This document shows positions 24,201-37,140 of a DNA stretch of 64,000 nt, in pieces (position 1 is the stretch's first letter; every line of letters begins with the position of its first letter). The position numbers were made by a program, and so were the translations under genes. The notes under the pieces are model-generated. The model had not been told where the DNA came from. It saw only the letters and a list, made by a program, of their open reading frames with translations, and did not search any database. The stretch comes from Bugula neritina. Its lineage: Eukaryota; Animalia; Bryozoa. Where the stretch lies: contig OZ037771.1 in NCBI GenBank assembly GCA_964035545.1, positions 12,032,480 through 12,096,479 on the forward strand, written 5' to 3'.

Positions 24201-27200
24201 ATACTAAATAGTGTATATTATAGTATACTACAGAGTGTATAGTATACTAAATAGTGTATATTATAGTATACTACAGAGTGTATAGTATAGTATACTACAG
24301 AGTGTATAGTATACTACAGAGTGTATAGTATAGTATAGTATACTACAGAGTGTATAGTATACTAAATAGTGTATATTATAGTATACTACAGAGTGTATAG
24401 TATAGTATACTACAGAGTGTATAGTATACTACAGAGTGTATAGTATACTACAGAGTGTATAGTATAGTATAGTATACTACAGAGTGTATAGTATACTACA
24501 GAGTGTATATTATACTAAATAGTGTATATTATAGTATACTACAGAGTGTATAGTATAGTATACTACAGAGTGTATAGTATACTACAGAGTGTATAGTATA
24601 CTACAGAGTGTATAGTATAGTATAGTATACTACAGAGTGTATATTATACTACAGAGTGTATATTATACTACAGAGTGTATAGTATACTACAGAGTGTATA
24701 GTATACTACAGAGTGTATAGTATAGTATACTAAAGTGTATAGTATAGTATACTACAGAGTGTATAGTATAGTGTATAGTATACTACAGAGTGTATAGTAT
24801 ACTACAGAGTGTATATTATACTAAATAGTGTATATTATAGTATACTACAGAGTGTATAGTATAGTATACTACAGAGTGTATAGTATACTACAGAGTGTAT
24901 AGTATACTACAGAGTGTATAGTATAGTATAGTATACTACAGAGTGTATATTATACTACAGAGTGTATATTATACTACAGAGTGTATAGTATACTACAGAG
25001 TGTATAGTATACTACAGAGTGTATAGTATAGTATACTAAAGTGTATAGTATAGTATACTACAGAGTGTATAGTATAGTGTATAGTATACTACAGTTTATA
25101 GTATACTATACTACAGTGTATATTATATTACAGAGTGTATAGTATAGTATACTACAGAGTGTAGTATGCACCACTTATCCTCCCCATGTGGTACTGCTGT
25201 ATCCACCACTTACCCCAACCCCCTGTGGTACTGCTGTATACACCACTTACCCCAACCCCCTGTAGTACTGTAGTATACACCACTTACCCCAACCCCCTGT
25301 GGTACTGCTGTATACACCACTTACCCCAACCCCCTGTGGTACTGTAGTATACACTGCTCCAGCTCATCTGTCTGACTCGGCACGAAGCTGATACACTTGA
25401 GGTAGGTGTGGTCCGGCATTTCCTCCTCACAATAGTCGCCCAGCTCCCCCTGCGCTATGTAGGCCGACAGCATAGCAGTGGTGTTCATGTTACAGATCAG
25501 ACGGCCTGAGGCTAGATCCTGCTTCACTTGCAGGGCAAACAGGTACCTGTAATATATAAGGTAATAGGTATACTTGCAATATATGTAGTTGTAAATGTAC
25601 CACGAAGTCCTGGGTTAAATCCCCAGTAAAGGCCATTAGTGATGTTATAGGAAGAGCATTCAGTCATAATTTTGCTTCTGTGTCACATATGAATAAGTCC
25701 TTAGCTTGCTTAAAAAACCTTTCTATCAGGCGTTTCTCACAAGGACAGTGACTTTAAACTTGCGTGATTTGTTATATGCAGTTGTAAATATACATATAAT
25801 ATATGAAGTAATAAATATGCATGTAATATATGAAGTAATAAATATACATGTAATATATGAAGTAATAAATATACATGTAATATATGAAGTAATAAATATA
25901 CATGTAATATATGAAGTAATAAATATACATGTAATATATGAAGTAATAAATATACACGCAATATATGAAGTGTGAGAGATGGAAGTATTGAAAATGTGGT
26001 GTTGGTAAAACAGGCCAGATATGAAGTTTCCCTAAAGCAAAGGGTAGTAGCCCAATTCAACTTTGTTTCTCAAGACAAACTCTCTCTCTCTTATTCCTGT
26101 ATAGAATAGGCTACTGAAGGTGGTGGGTCATATCTTAGCTAGAAGCAGCTAGGCTGCTACTACTCACAGCAATGCTGCCAGTGAGTGTATGTATGCTGCC
26201 GCTGAAGAGAGTATTGTTATTATTAGAGTAACAAGGAGGTTGATGAGAAACAGGCCTGAAACAGAAATGTTGTTATAAACCCAGTATAAAGTAAGCAATG
26301 CTAATGTACATTAGTATACTATTTCTTAGATACATATCCCTGTGTGTATGAATATATGCATGTGTTACAGCCATGATGTGTTGAGAAGTGTATAGATTAT
26401 TACAATAGGAATTTACTATAATATGCCATACATGTCGTAAACTGGTGTATTTACACATTTGCCTTCAAGCGCAAGGTCATACTGTTTTCACATACATACA
26501 TACATATTGGAAAGGAAGCAGGACACGCCTTCCTGTGGTCTATCAATAGCTAACTTACTTGCATCAGATCCCTGAACGACTTTACAGGTGCCAATGAGAG
26601 AAACTAACCTGGTGAATTCATCTTCCAGTAGGTTCGGGTCTGGTGTGTAGAATTTGACTTTGAATTTAAAGGAGACATTTTGTGAGTTTTTGATTTGGTA
26701 ATCAATGGGCTTTTCTCTGTCCAGCCAGACCTGTTAGATAACATTTCATATATAATATATACTGTGTGTTATATAACATATATTCATATATATGTATATT
26801 GTATTCATCAGAAAACAAGTAGAAAACTGGGAGATTGTGCTTTCTAAATGGCAATGGGGAAGGCTTTAGTTCACACTTGTGATAGAATTATCCTCAACAA
26901 GCTGACTAACCCAAATTTCACAGAGCAGAGCTGACAAAAATCTGCCAGAGATTGAAGTTTCTATTCTAATGAAGCTTCTACTATAACAGGAATACCCAAT
27001 CCATGAGGACTCGGAACTTTGGAATGCAATTAAATATCATTGATAATTCTAGAATAGCAAGTTGTACCCTTTTAATAGCAAAATAATTGTCAATTTCACC
27101 CAGTATTTCACAGCTAGAGAGCTGAAGAGATAATGATGGCAAGTGCAGTAGATAATGGTTGTGTAAGTTAATCACTCAGTCTGAGATAGTCTACTTATAA

Positions 27201-27393
27201 CTGTGTTGAAATAAAGAGATGAATTGAAAAAATATTACCCAAGGTAAGGAAATCATTTTACCAACTGGGCTGGTGGTAGGGTAGGTAATGAGAGAGGAGA
27301 GAGAGAGAGAGAGGAGGTGAGAGAGAGAGGGCAGTGAGAGAGAGGGGGGAGAGAGAAAGAGAGAAGAGAAGGAAAGGGTGGGAGAGAGAAGAG

Positions 27394-27433
<40 letters not shown>

Positions 27434-30400
27434 AGAGGGGGGAGAGGGTAGAGAAGAGAGAGAGGAGGGAGAGAGGGTAGGGTAGCGAAGAGTCACGTAG
27501 GGTATGTAAGAACTGAAAAGTTGAGGTCCAGGGTGCCAGGATCTAATGTCTAGGGAAGGCTTCTATGAGTCACATATTCAAAATGAAAATTGATAAAATA
27601 AATTAGTTTGACAGCCAGTGCCTGGTCATCAGATTAGCTGCTGATGCTGAATACAGAATTTAGTCTGCTAAATCTGCACCAAAACCGAACTTTGTACCAG
27701 TACAAGAAGTCACATGGCCTTATTTCTCTGCACACTGTGAACAGTTCATATTAGAGTGGGAGACAACCAACCACTAGCTATTCCTGTGTATTTAGCCTAC
27801 ATCAACTCTGTAACAAAACAAATCTCACAGCTGCTTGTAATTCTAAGCAGAAAGTAAATATAAAGTGTGTTGGTATGTTTCTCATATTGGATATATCTCT
27901 CATTGGTTAACTCTGAAGAGCAGTGCACACCATCTCACATATACCTAGAGGGACTTTCACCCCACTCAATGGGGGTACTGAAGGGGAACTCTTCAACTCC
28001 TACACAAACACAAAGAAGTCCACAGGGCAGTAGACTGTACCTGGTTGATGTATAGAGAGTAGTATTCTGGAAGTAGTTAGTCTAGGATACTCATTTGATA
28101 AATCACAATAATTTGTCAGTCACCAGTCTTTGAAGTATGTGATACCTTAGATTTATAGATACATCAAATACAGACTTAAATTTGACAACTGAACAATCTC
28201 TGAGATTTTGAAACTCTTGTATGCCTACAGGTTTTGGTTTCTTGCAACTTTTTGAAGAGCAAACATAAAGTCCTTCAAAGATTCAATAACTCCAAACTAT
28301 TTCTTTCAGTTCATTTTATTAACGTCAAAGAAGAAAACCCATTGGGACTTGCAAGTAGAATGAAGTATTGCCAAAGAACATAATAAATACAGAGTGCTGC
28401 ACTTATTAGGTTAAAAAGACCAGAATTTCAGAGTGCAGTAACCCAATGCAGAGTTTACACACAGAAACACTGCTAAAGTATGAATACACTGAGCCCGTCT
28501 CTTCCCAATGAGCTGTTACTTCTCAACCCGACCTGCTAAACCGGTTGACAAAAGCAATCCATTTCGAACTGTCTGGACAAACAGTGTTAAATAACTCTCA
28601 CCATAGCTGGTATATACACAGACAGACACACAGGGAGACACACAGACAGACACACAGACAGACAGACACACAGACAGACACACAGACAGACAAAAACCCT
28701 GACACCATATAATATCTGTAGTGAATGTGCCAAGCTGCAACTATGACTGGATGTTCAGTTGCAGCGAAGAAAAAACCTGTCAATAGCCTCTGTTCTAGAA
28801 TATGCTTAAAAATACATTAGAAACACATTTTGTGCTAATTTGATTAACTAGAACACAAACTTTCAAAGTAATGCCCCCTTCTCTCTCTACCTGGGTCCTT
28901 GAGACCTCCTTCCTTGGCTAAAGTTATGATCGATTCTCAGCATGGCCCAATATCCAGCATGGCCCAATATCCAGCACACAATTGTAGCATGAAAAGTTGT
29001 CTGATTGTAAAAAAGGTGATGCATTCCAAACTAGAGTTTAAAAGTTGATACTTAGATTCAAACCTAGACACAAATCATAAAATTGTAAACAAAGTTTACG
29101 AAGTTTCAGAAGCATATGTCATGTGATTTAGTGACAGCAGTTGGGGAAGATGGAGATGAAATTAACAGAGGCTGGTGTGAACTTGCTGTCATGTGACGCA
29201 CATCTATAATTTGAGTTACAAAGGGCATTGTTACAGCAGCAGTTGACACTGCAGTGAGGCAGCAGTAGAAGGAAGGCAGCATCAACAGAAGGAAGGCAGC
29301 ATCAACAGGAGAGATGCATTCGAGAAGCTGTGAAGAAGGTCGTAGGTCATAGGACAGAAGGTGTTTGAAAAAGCTTACAAAGGAGCTAAGCTATAGTGCT
29401 TGGGTGTCATCCCAAATAGACATTTCCCAGTTAGACCCTATTTATTTATATTAGTGCAATCACCACATCACCACCCAAGTACCAGAAGAGGGTTTAAATA
29501 CAGATTTTAACCTTAAAGTCAATTGACAAACCAGTACTTTCAATTAAAGATTTTCAGGGAAAGAGGCTATGAAGTGTGAACAAAAGCTACCCCTTCCCCC
29601 CCTCCGAGGACACTTTACTTAGATCACAGTCTATCAGTATAATCACAGCCTACCTCTTTATCATCCTTTCTATACTCTAATCCAAAATAATCCGACTCTA
29701 GTAACTGCAGGTGCTGAGTAACCTGCGTGTACAACTCTTCACCATATGACTTTTTCTAAAAATAGAATGAAAATAATGAGTCCACATGTTGCATCATTCT
29801 GTTATGTAGTCCTAGAAATAGCAGAGTTAGATAACTAAATAGAACTAAATACAGAACTATAGATTAAACATAAATAGGACTGATAGCAAACTTTCATGAA
29901 AATAAGACTTTCAACAAAAGAAATTTTAAACAAAAAAAACCAAAATGTTTTTGGGTGAAAGGTTTGAGAAATGATGGGACGATATATAAAGTTTACAAGC
30001 TTTTCATTATTCGAATGGAACTTTCATTCAAAGTTTGAAAACAGTTGCATCAAATGAAACCACAGCCATAAGTTCATGAAAACCCACAACCACAAATTAA
30101 TCCATTCTAGGGCCATTCGAATAATGCAAGTCATGGAAACGCAATGTATTAAGCCCAGGTACTAAAATGTTACATAATTATTTCCTCTTCACAAAGAATC
30201 CAAATAGAAGACTTTGAGATAACTCTTTCACCCCTAGCAAACTGTCAAGACAGCTGTGAGAAATCAGTGGAACACATGTTAGTAGCTAACTACTAACAGA
30301 AACTACTAGCAAACAACAAGCATTAACTTTCCCTCTGCATGATTCACAGTGAAAGCTAATTATTTTGAGTCTGACAAATACATGTTCACTCATCTGAATA

Positions 30401-32804
30401 ATTAAATCACAGACTAGTTGTCAGTCATGTAGCCTGCAGGATTCACCGTCTAACTCAATCAGCTGGAGAGAATCCACTTTCACAACTAGTTTAGAAAACC
30501 TTAGCAAGTTACACAATGACTGAGTAACTGTACTGTAACTGTGCTAATACCACAACTGGGGCTATGAAATTGGGAAACAGTCCCACTAAAACAGGGTTGT
30601 CCAACAGGCGGGCCCCAGCCTACATTGATGTGGCCCTTAAAGGCAATACAGATAAAATTATTTTGCACATGTATATGAATTAGAGTGGGAAACCACATTT
30701 TACATGTCTTATTTTTATATAATATGCTAAAAACATGCAGCCTGCAGTAATTATTGGAACTTCATTGTGTAATGATTCAAAAGAATTTGGAATAAAATTA
30801 TTTGAACGTTACAGATGCTGTGGCCCCCAGCCCAAGTTTATATAGCCCCCCAAGAAATATTCCATTTCAGTGGCCCTCGCTCCAAAAAGGTTGAACACTC
30901 CTGCACTAAAACCAAGGGTGGCATATTTGTCTCCCCACGTTGTATAGTAGAGTCTAGAGCCCAGACAGATACAGACTCCTATAATGAGTAGACAGTATCG
31001 CAAGTTGCTAGACTTAGTAGGCCAAATAGAGAAAACATATTCTTGGAAATTACAGACTAGCAGGATAATTACAATCTTCGTAATCTCAACTTAACAAGAA
31101 TAACAAAGTGAAATATTGACTTTTTATGACAGCAGTACACAAAGTGTGTAGAATTAAGTGTTCCAGACTAAATCTAGCTCAAGTAAGAATGAGTGAGTGA
31201 TTTTACAGCATCTGATTAGTAAGACTAGACTTTGTAGCTGTGAAAACATTAAAGGAATCTAAATACCAGCCACAGACAGACTATGCAATAGGCTACATCA
31301 ACCAACCACACATTAGGAAGCTGCCAAAACTGTACACAACTGGAAATGCCTCTGGACTAACTTAGTCATTAGTGTGTTTATGTCACCAACCAACCGGCAG
31401 CAGCTGCCAAACTAAACTCCATCATTTGTTAAGCAAATAGATGATTAAACCCCGTTAGTGGTAAGTTATGTGAAAGGTCGTGACACAACGTGATGGTTAC
31501 TGCTGGTTACCATCACCAATGGAACAGGTCACAGCTATTCTAATAAACTAAAAGTATCTCACACCTGCAAGCACCTGCCAGAAGCTCACAATTATGATAT
31601 GCAAAAAACGTTCTCCAAATTTCCAATTTCAGTATCACTCAGTCTGTCAAGTTGTCATCAATGCTTCGACTGAAGATTTACTTGTAACAAGATTTTCAAG
31701 TAATCTTCTACTTTGCTTGCATGTAGCACCAGATATCCATTGTGAATTTTGTTATGATGTTCATGTTTTTACATACTAAACAGATTCTTGTCATTTTAAA
31801 GATGCTGAAAACATCCTTTGTATTTTTTCATGATGTATATTCTAAGCTACTGTGTCTACAGACTTCGTTTAATTGTATTTCATTTTTGGTCTCTAAGATT
31901 TGCAGGAAATATAAGAAACAATATTTCCTGAAACATCATTTTTTGAGCTGAAAATTCTACACATGACACAGGGAGTTACACTGTACTGGCCAGAGCTACA
32001 GGGAAATGCTCCCTAAGGGGTATAGGATAATAGCTCACTGAGTCATACAGGAGAAAAACCTGTTCAATAGTGATTTGGGAGTTAGTAGGTATACAGATGG
32101 CCAACAAAGTATATAACAGAATAAAGGAAACTTCAAGACAGAATGTAGAACAAAACTGCACTGTTTGTATGAGCCTGTCATGGGGGACCTGCTCAGTGGG
32201 TTTCACATGACTTTGAGCAGAACTCTGTTTTCACACATGACTAACTGATGATGAATATGGAGAAGGTATACTGTTTACTAGCAAAAGTTGATTGGTATGT
32301 GACAGTTCTTTTTGTGGCCGAAGTACACAGTGATATCTACCTGGCATTTATCAAATATCACTGTCAGAGTTGATCTAAGGTGTCAAATGAGTATGTTTTA
32401 TAAGATGTAGGAGTTAGTAACAGTCACTGGTAAGATGGTACTGTACTTTTCCAGTGAGTTGGAACTAGTTCAAATCAATGGTAATTTCTAGATAAAATAG
32501 TGAAATGCCTGCAATATTTACACCTGCAACCAATAGCAATAGTTGTGACTACAACAGGATCTGACAGCCAATTAATCACAATAGGGAATGTTTGACACAA
32601 ACTCTGGAAAAGTACTGGTCCTGTCACAGGAGTAAGTCATTCAATGTGATAGGATGACCTACATTTACTCCTCTAATCTGATAGGATGACCTACATTTAC
32701 TCCTCTAATGTGATAGGATGACCTACATTCACCGTGAACTCCGGAACTTGGTCATCTAGGAGTATGACTTTACAGAGGATGGTCTTTCCCCTTCTGAGAG
32801 TCAT
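12230..32804 (-). CDS. FARP1: FERM, ARHGEF and pleckstrin domain-containing protein (FARP1/2, Cdep orthologue): FERM-FA-linker-DH-PH-PH
   Basis: complement(join(12230..12308,12519..12670,12876..13059,14603..14788,14975..15219,15405..15586,15913..16099,16539..16832,17086..17314,17964..18587,18695..18793,19026..19200,19732..19883,20140..20217,21107..21267,21567..21715,22631..22728,25325..25546,26609..26730,29654..29755,32727..32804)). All GT-AG and in phase: 1265 aa, or 1024 aa without the two cassette exons. FERM motifs [16 protein letters not shown]...[12 protein letters not shown] and [22 protein letters not shown] motif [16 protein letters not shown] motif [23 protein letters not shown]2 motif [11 protein letters not shown]...[31 protein letters not shown]. 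The invertebrate gene is co-orthologous to FARP1 and FARP2. Confidence 0.95.
12374..12505. repeat. CACCTG/TCACA-rich degenerate tandem repeat in last FARP intron
   Basis: Repeated gcacctgcatg / cacctgtcaca units. Confidence 0.6.
15770..15893. repeat. CCAGTACCACATAGTA minisatellite with internal strand inversion
   Basis: About 16-bp units; a later unit appears as the reverse complement (tactatgtggta). Confidence 0.85.
17964..18587 (-). CDS. FARP 624-nt symmetric (phase 2-2) linker exon, acidic/Pro/Ser-rich
   Basis: Lies within ORF 17924-18604. Acceptor ttgtag and donor GTATGT; length divisible by 3. Confidence 0.7.
18695..18793 (-). CDS. FARP 99-nt symmetric (phase 2-2) linker exon [32 protein letters not shown]
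   Basis: Acceptor cattgtag and donor GTAAGT; open in the FARP frame. Confidence 0.6.
20709..20926. repeat. AT-rich low-complexity repeat (ATATAATAGAAT-like)
   Basis: Direct inspection. Confidence 0.85.
22093..22549. mobile_element. MITE family M1 copy 1 (TIR AGTTGCGTTTATACCT)
   Basis: Perfect terminal inverted repeats in a TA/TTAA context. A near-identical copy lies at ~50101-50550. Confidence 0.9.
22845..22912. repeat. 16-bp tandem repeat ATAGACCAGGTTATTT x4
   Basis: Direct inspection. Confidence 0.9.
24174..25163. repeat. ~1-kb minisatellite (TATAGTATACTACAGAGTG variants) in FARP intron 4
   Basis: 19/24-bp units with a higher-order duplicated block. Confidence 0.97.
25169..25352. repeat. 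37-bp tandem repeat spanning the FARP exon 4 splice donor
   Basis: Unit caccacttaccccaaccccctgtggtactgctgtata at 25169 (degenerate), 25204, 25241, 25278 and 25315. Confidence 0.95.
25601..25770 (+). mobile_element. tRNA-derived SINE, 5'-truncated copy
   Basis: Colinear with 52549-52756 (cacgaagtc...ggccatt.gtgatgtt..aggaagagcattcagtcataatt...aaacttgcgtga). Confidence 0.8.
25783..25970. repeat. 27-bp tandem repeat ATATGAAGTAATAAATATACATGTAAT x~7
   Basis: Direct inspection; explains the spurious YEVINIHVI ORFs. Confidence 0.95.
27290..27480. repeat. GA-rich polypurine microsatellite
   Basis: Direct inspection. Confidence 0.9.
28616..28692. repeat. (CA)/(CAGA) microsatellite
   Basis: Direct inspection. 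Confidence 0.85.
30592..30903. mobile_element. hAT-superfamily non-autonomous element (MITE)
   Basis: Termini CAGGGTTGTCCAAC...GTTGAACACTCCTG with a perfect 8-bp TSD CACTAAAA (30584-30591, 30904-30911). 8-bp TSDs and CAG termini are typical of hAT. Confidence 0.9.
32647..32729. repeat. 32-bp tandem repeat duplicating the FARP first coding exon donor
   Basis: tgataggatgacctacatt at 32647, 32679 and 32711. Confidence 0.9.
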
Positions 32805-35800
32805 GATGTCACGTGGTACTCAGTCTATCTATGTGTGTGGTCTCTTCAGACAGCAGAATTCATAGCGCTGACCCAGATGCCTCTTATGACCTCATATCCC
32901 ATAGATTATCAGACAGCAATCCATAAAACAATGAAATGCAATCACCTAAAACAATGTAAATACATTTTCAACCAGGCTAGTGTACACAATAGAAAATAGT
33001 GCATTAGCAAACTATGCTACAAGACAAAACATCAATGCTAGTAGTCAACTATTTTAGTTTATTTGTTTAGCATACGGACTTGACTTGGCCATACAGAGTG
33101 GGTTTGTATTGTAACAGTCAGGCATAGAAAGGCTGTATGTAACCAAAGTCATGCTAGTTGTGTGGATTGTAGCCCCTAGCTATGAATGAAGAATGCATTC
33201 AATGATAAATATATTTAGTAGACTTAAGTTGCTTATCAGCTGAGTTAAGTAGGATTAATAAGTCTCTAATCGCCACCAAAGCCTTTGGAGAGGTGTCAAA
33301 TAAAGTAGCTAGTGATAGCAGCTAGTTCAGTTTAGTTGTAAGCAGTCTGTTACTCAATCACTTTCACTGCTTCAACAATATAAAAGTTAGCTAAATATAA
33401 ACAGTACAAATAAGTTGTTTAGCTAAAAGTGGAACTGCTCATGGTTTTCTACTGAACTAAATCATACTCACATGACTCAATTTGAAAAAAATATGATCAA
33501 AACAAAATCAATCACCTATGTATAATACGGTGAAGGTGAAAAATTTATAGCTCTACAATGTCTGTGGGAATTACCTGCCTGCACCAAATATACAAACTCT
33601 GTTTCAAAGTGGAGGCATTTACTTTTATTATAAGCTACAGCTTCTAGAACTTCCTTTCCAGCAGCACAAATCAGCATTAAATTTATATCAATACAAGTCA
33701 TCAATATGTTTTTACAAGGTCAGCTTGATAGAGGTAAGAAAAATATCAGCATGCCTGCTTGAATTTAAAGCTTGTCAATTAGATCAATATGGTCAACTCA
33801 TGCAAAAGCTGTAATTAGTAAATTGAGACAGTAGCTTTTATGTATGCTTACAAAGTGCAAGCTTGGGCAGCAGTTAATCAACTAGGGAAGGGAATTCATA
33901 CGTCAACCTAAAATATTTATCTCTATTTACTGATGTATATTTATCTAATGTAAACAGTGCTGACAATGTTCACGAATAGAAGAAATAGGTTAGCAGAGGA
34001 GGGAATATGCCGAATGCATAAAATCAATAAATCACTAATGCTAAAGTAACAGCTTCTATCATTTGCTATGTATTTTTAGCTCTAAAAACTTATATATTTA
34101 TAACATGAGTTTTATGCAATATTTCCATTTGTATGTAAATTGATTTTTTAGGCAAACTACTCTCAAGTTATATTATGGCGCTGGAAATACATATTTATTG
34201 AAGGTATTATATTATTGTCTACATCTTTTTACTAACCCCTTTAGTGTGAAACTGGAAATTTTACTTGGTGTAATTGTTGTCCCAACAGAAAAACACAAAG
34301 TTTATAATTTAACTATTTTAGCATAAGCCTTTATTTTGGCCAAACTAGTGATATACTAAAATTATCTGAAATTTCACTTTTAGCTACTTGGCCTCTCTCA
34401 GAAATCATCAAGACTAATAAATGTTTGGCTATAATTACACTCTGTCACAATTAGAAAGTCTACACATAACCTGCGAATATTATTATTGATTTAATGCTAC
34501 AATAAATAACAATTTTTCTCTTTAAAAGAAAAGGCTTCATCTACAGCTGGGTAGGTTTTCTTAGTCAGTGTGGGTTTTACAATTCCGAGGCTGACTAAGC
34601 ACATTATCTTGTTTAATAAAATATCAAAAGTTTACATGTGCATTTGATTAGGAGACTCACTAAGTGAATTGCATTTGATTTTGAGTACTAGTAGGGTTCT
34701 CTACTCTTGTTGTTAATGTGACAACAGACTCAGCAGAAATGAGTTGTGTGAAATTTGGCTCCAGTAATTTTGTAACTGAGAATAATTGAGACAATCAATT
34801 GTAATTGTGCATTTCTTACATCTTGTTTCTTTTGCAGCTTTATTTTGCAGTTTTATTTTGCAGTGCTTGAAGAAAATATGCTCCCAGATAAAAATGTGCT
34901 ACTTTTTCAAAAATTTGTTTCGAGAATTGGCTCAAATTTCTGCTTTCTTAAATTATAGTCAAGATAAAAAGATGTTCACTTTGTTGTGAACAAAATGAGT
35001 TACGCTATACTGTTGCAAATATATTCAGCTCTAGTATGCTGCCACCAACAATGTTAAGCGAAAATGTTAGTTTATTAGTACTAATAAAACTGTTAATTTT
35101 ATAATAACTATTAGTGACAGAGACATTACCATATACAACAGTAATAATTGGGCAACAACATACATAGTGTTGAACAGAATAAGAAAAATATCCAAAAACT
35201 ACTATTTTAATGACTGCATTGTGGTATTTTCAACTTATACAAGTTTCAAAAAGTTGTTCAAACTTCAACTTGCCAGCTAACAATGTTTTGTAGTGGCATA
35301 AACAGGCTGAAGTTAAAGTAGTGTTGGTACTAATCAGTAATTGGTACATGATCAAACATTGACTGTATACAGTATGACAATGAGGATCACGGTGGTGAGC
35401 TAGAAGTCAACATATAGATGCAAAGAATGACATTGTTTTTGGCTCATTATGATTCATGATTTTTTATTGTGCTTTACAGAAAATACATTTATATCACCTA
35501 TATAACTTGGTTCCGAATTAACTTTTACCTTGAACTCAAACCAATTATGGTCACTATTATAACTATAGTTGAATACGGATGCTCTTTCACCCCATCTAAA
35601 ACTTCTATTAGTCTAACTCATGCAATTATTACTTCCTAATAATCAGTATGCATATAATTGTACCTAATGCTAATTATAACATTATAAAAATTGTTAAATA
35701 TAAATACCAATTTAGTTTTAGAGCTACTCCAACTTCAAGTCAACAGCAAGCCCAGGGGCAAATGCAACAATATGGTTAACAGTAATTGTAGGACTTTTGT

Positions 35801-36049
35801 ATTGTAGAGATAGCTTTAGGCGCACACTCCGACAAATAATTTCAACTCGATATCATTAATAAGTATAATCATCGTTATATAAAAATTCAGTGTGTATAAT
35901 CAGCATGTATGAGTACTTGCAGTAGAACATTGACTTAACTAATCATACTTATATAATTATATTCAACTTTACAAAAAGCCTGAAAACAAAAGTCAAAAGT
36001 ATTCTTAATGGTTTATCATAAGGTTAGAACCTGGCAGTGACAGTAAGTG

Positions 36050-36915
36050 TAAATGTATGCAATGCCAATAGTATTATTATCAGTATGAGTATCACTATTA
36101 GAATAACCGTGGTGATGAGCTATTGCTATAAGTATAACTATAAGTACAAGACTAAGTATAAAATAAACAATATTACACTTAGTCTCACAGTATCAATATT
36201 AGTTGCTGTTACTATTAGTATCATAACATCAATATGTTGATTGCTTATTGGTATTAATATTATATTTGGGCACTGCATTCACAGTTATTATTACAATTGT
36301 GAACATTAGGACTACTACAACTATAAGTATAACTACAAGTATTAGCATTGGGTAATAATTTAATATAATTTTGAATAAAACTATTAGGAGACCCACTTCT
36401 TACAGATAGTTATTGTTACTATTCGGGTTACTCGAGTTAATATTATAGTATAAGTTATACTCATACTGAGACTGATACTGAGACCATTTCCATACGCATA
36501 CTGATACTCAGACTGGTACTAGTATTAATTATTAGTATTATACCAATAGTAATACCTATAAGTATAAGTATAAGCTATAACTATAAGCATATGTATAACT
36601 ATAAATAAGTATTCATATGCAAATTTAAAGTGCATTTTGATGTTCAATTTCATATTTGATATTCATGCTATTAGTATAACTATCACTATTAGAGTATTAC
36701 TATTGCCATTGGACTTGGTATCAGTTTTAGCAATGCCAATAGCCATAGGCGTACCAATAGCAATAGGCAATGCGGAATATCATAGGGTATTCGCATACTC
36801 ATACTCATAGTCATAGGCATAACCAAAGGAATTTGAATTGACATCAAAATGAAATTCACTCAAATTGAAATTGGATGATAATCATAATCATAATGATAAT
36901 CATAATGATTATCAT
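36050..36915. repeat. 6-bp-periodic degenerate hexamer tract (ATAAGT/ATAACT/ATGAGT/ATCACT)
   Basis: Long runs of ATNANT-like hexamers in register. Confidence 0.6.
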
Positions 36916-36941
36916 TATGGTAAAGTGCTTTGCTGAACCTA

Positions 36942-37140
36942 CCTGCAAACTATTTTTTAAAATAACTACAAGCTATTGAGTCGATAAAAGCAATTTAAAG
37001 TTGGTTTTTGATAGAAAGCTGACAGAGGGCAGCGGTAGTATCAGTATGGCAACTAACCGAAAATAGTTATAAGTATAATCCGCTTCCACCGTTGCTACTA
37101 GAAAATGAGTAAATTGGGCGTCAGTCAGTTTCCACCACCT
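36942..37140 (-). promoter_or_regulatory. Putative FARP promoter / first non-coding exon
   Basis: Donor-like CAG|GTAGGT near 36942, local CpG enrichment, ATGGCAACTAA and GTTGCTAC (RFX-like half sites), and a UTR acceptor near 32946. Inference only. Confidence 0.3.

Noticed and set aside
24174-25352. CRISPR-like repeat arrays
   Set aside because: Eukaryotic intron, head-to-tail units with no unique spacers, and no cas genes.
28891-28917. 27-nt phase 0-0 micro-exon candidate (PRKEVSRTQ) in FARP intron 2
   Set aside because: AG/GT bounded, but it would interrupt the conserved FERM F1 lobe and has weak splice context; likely chance.
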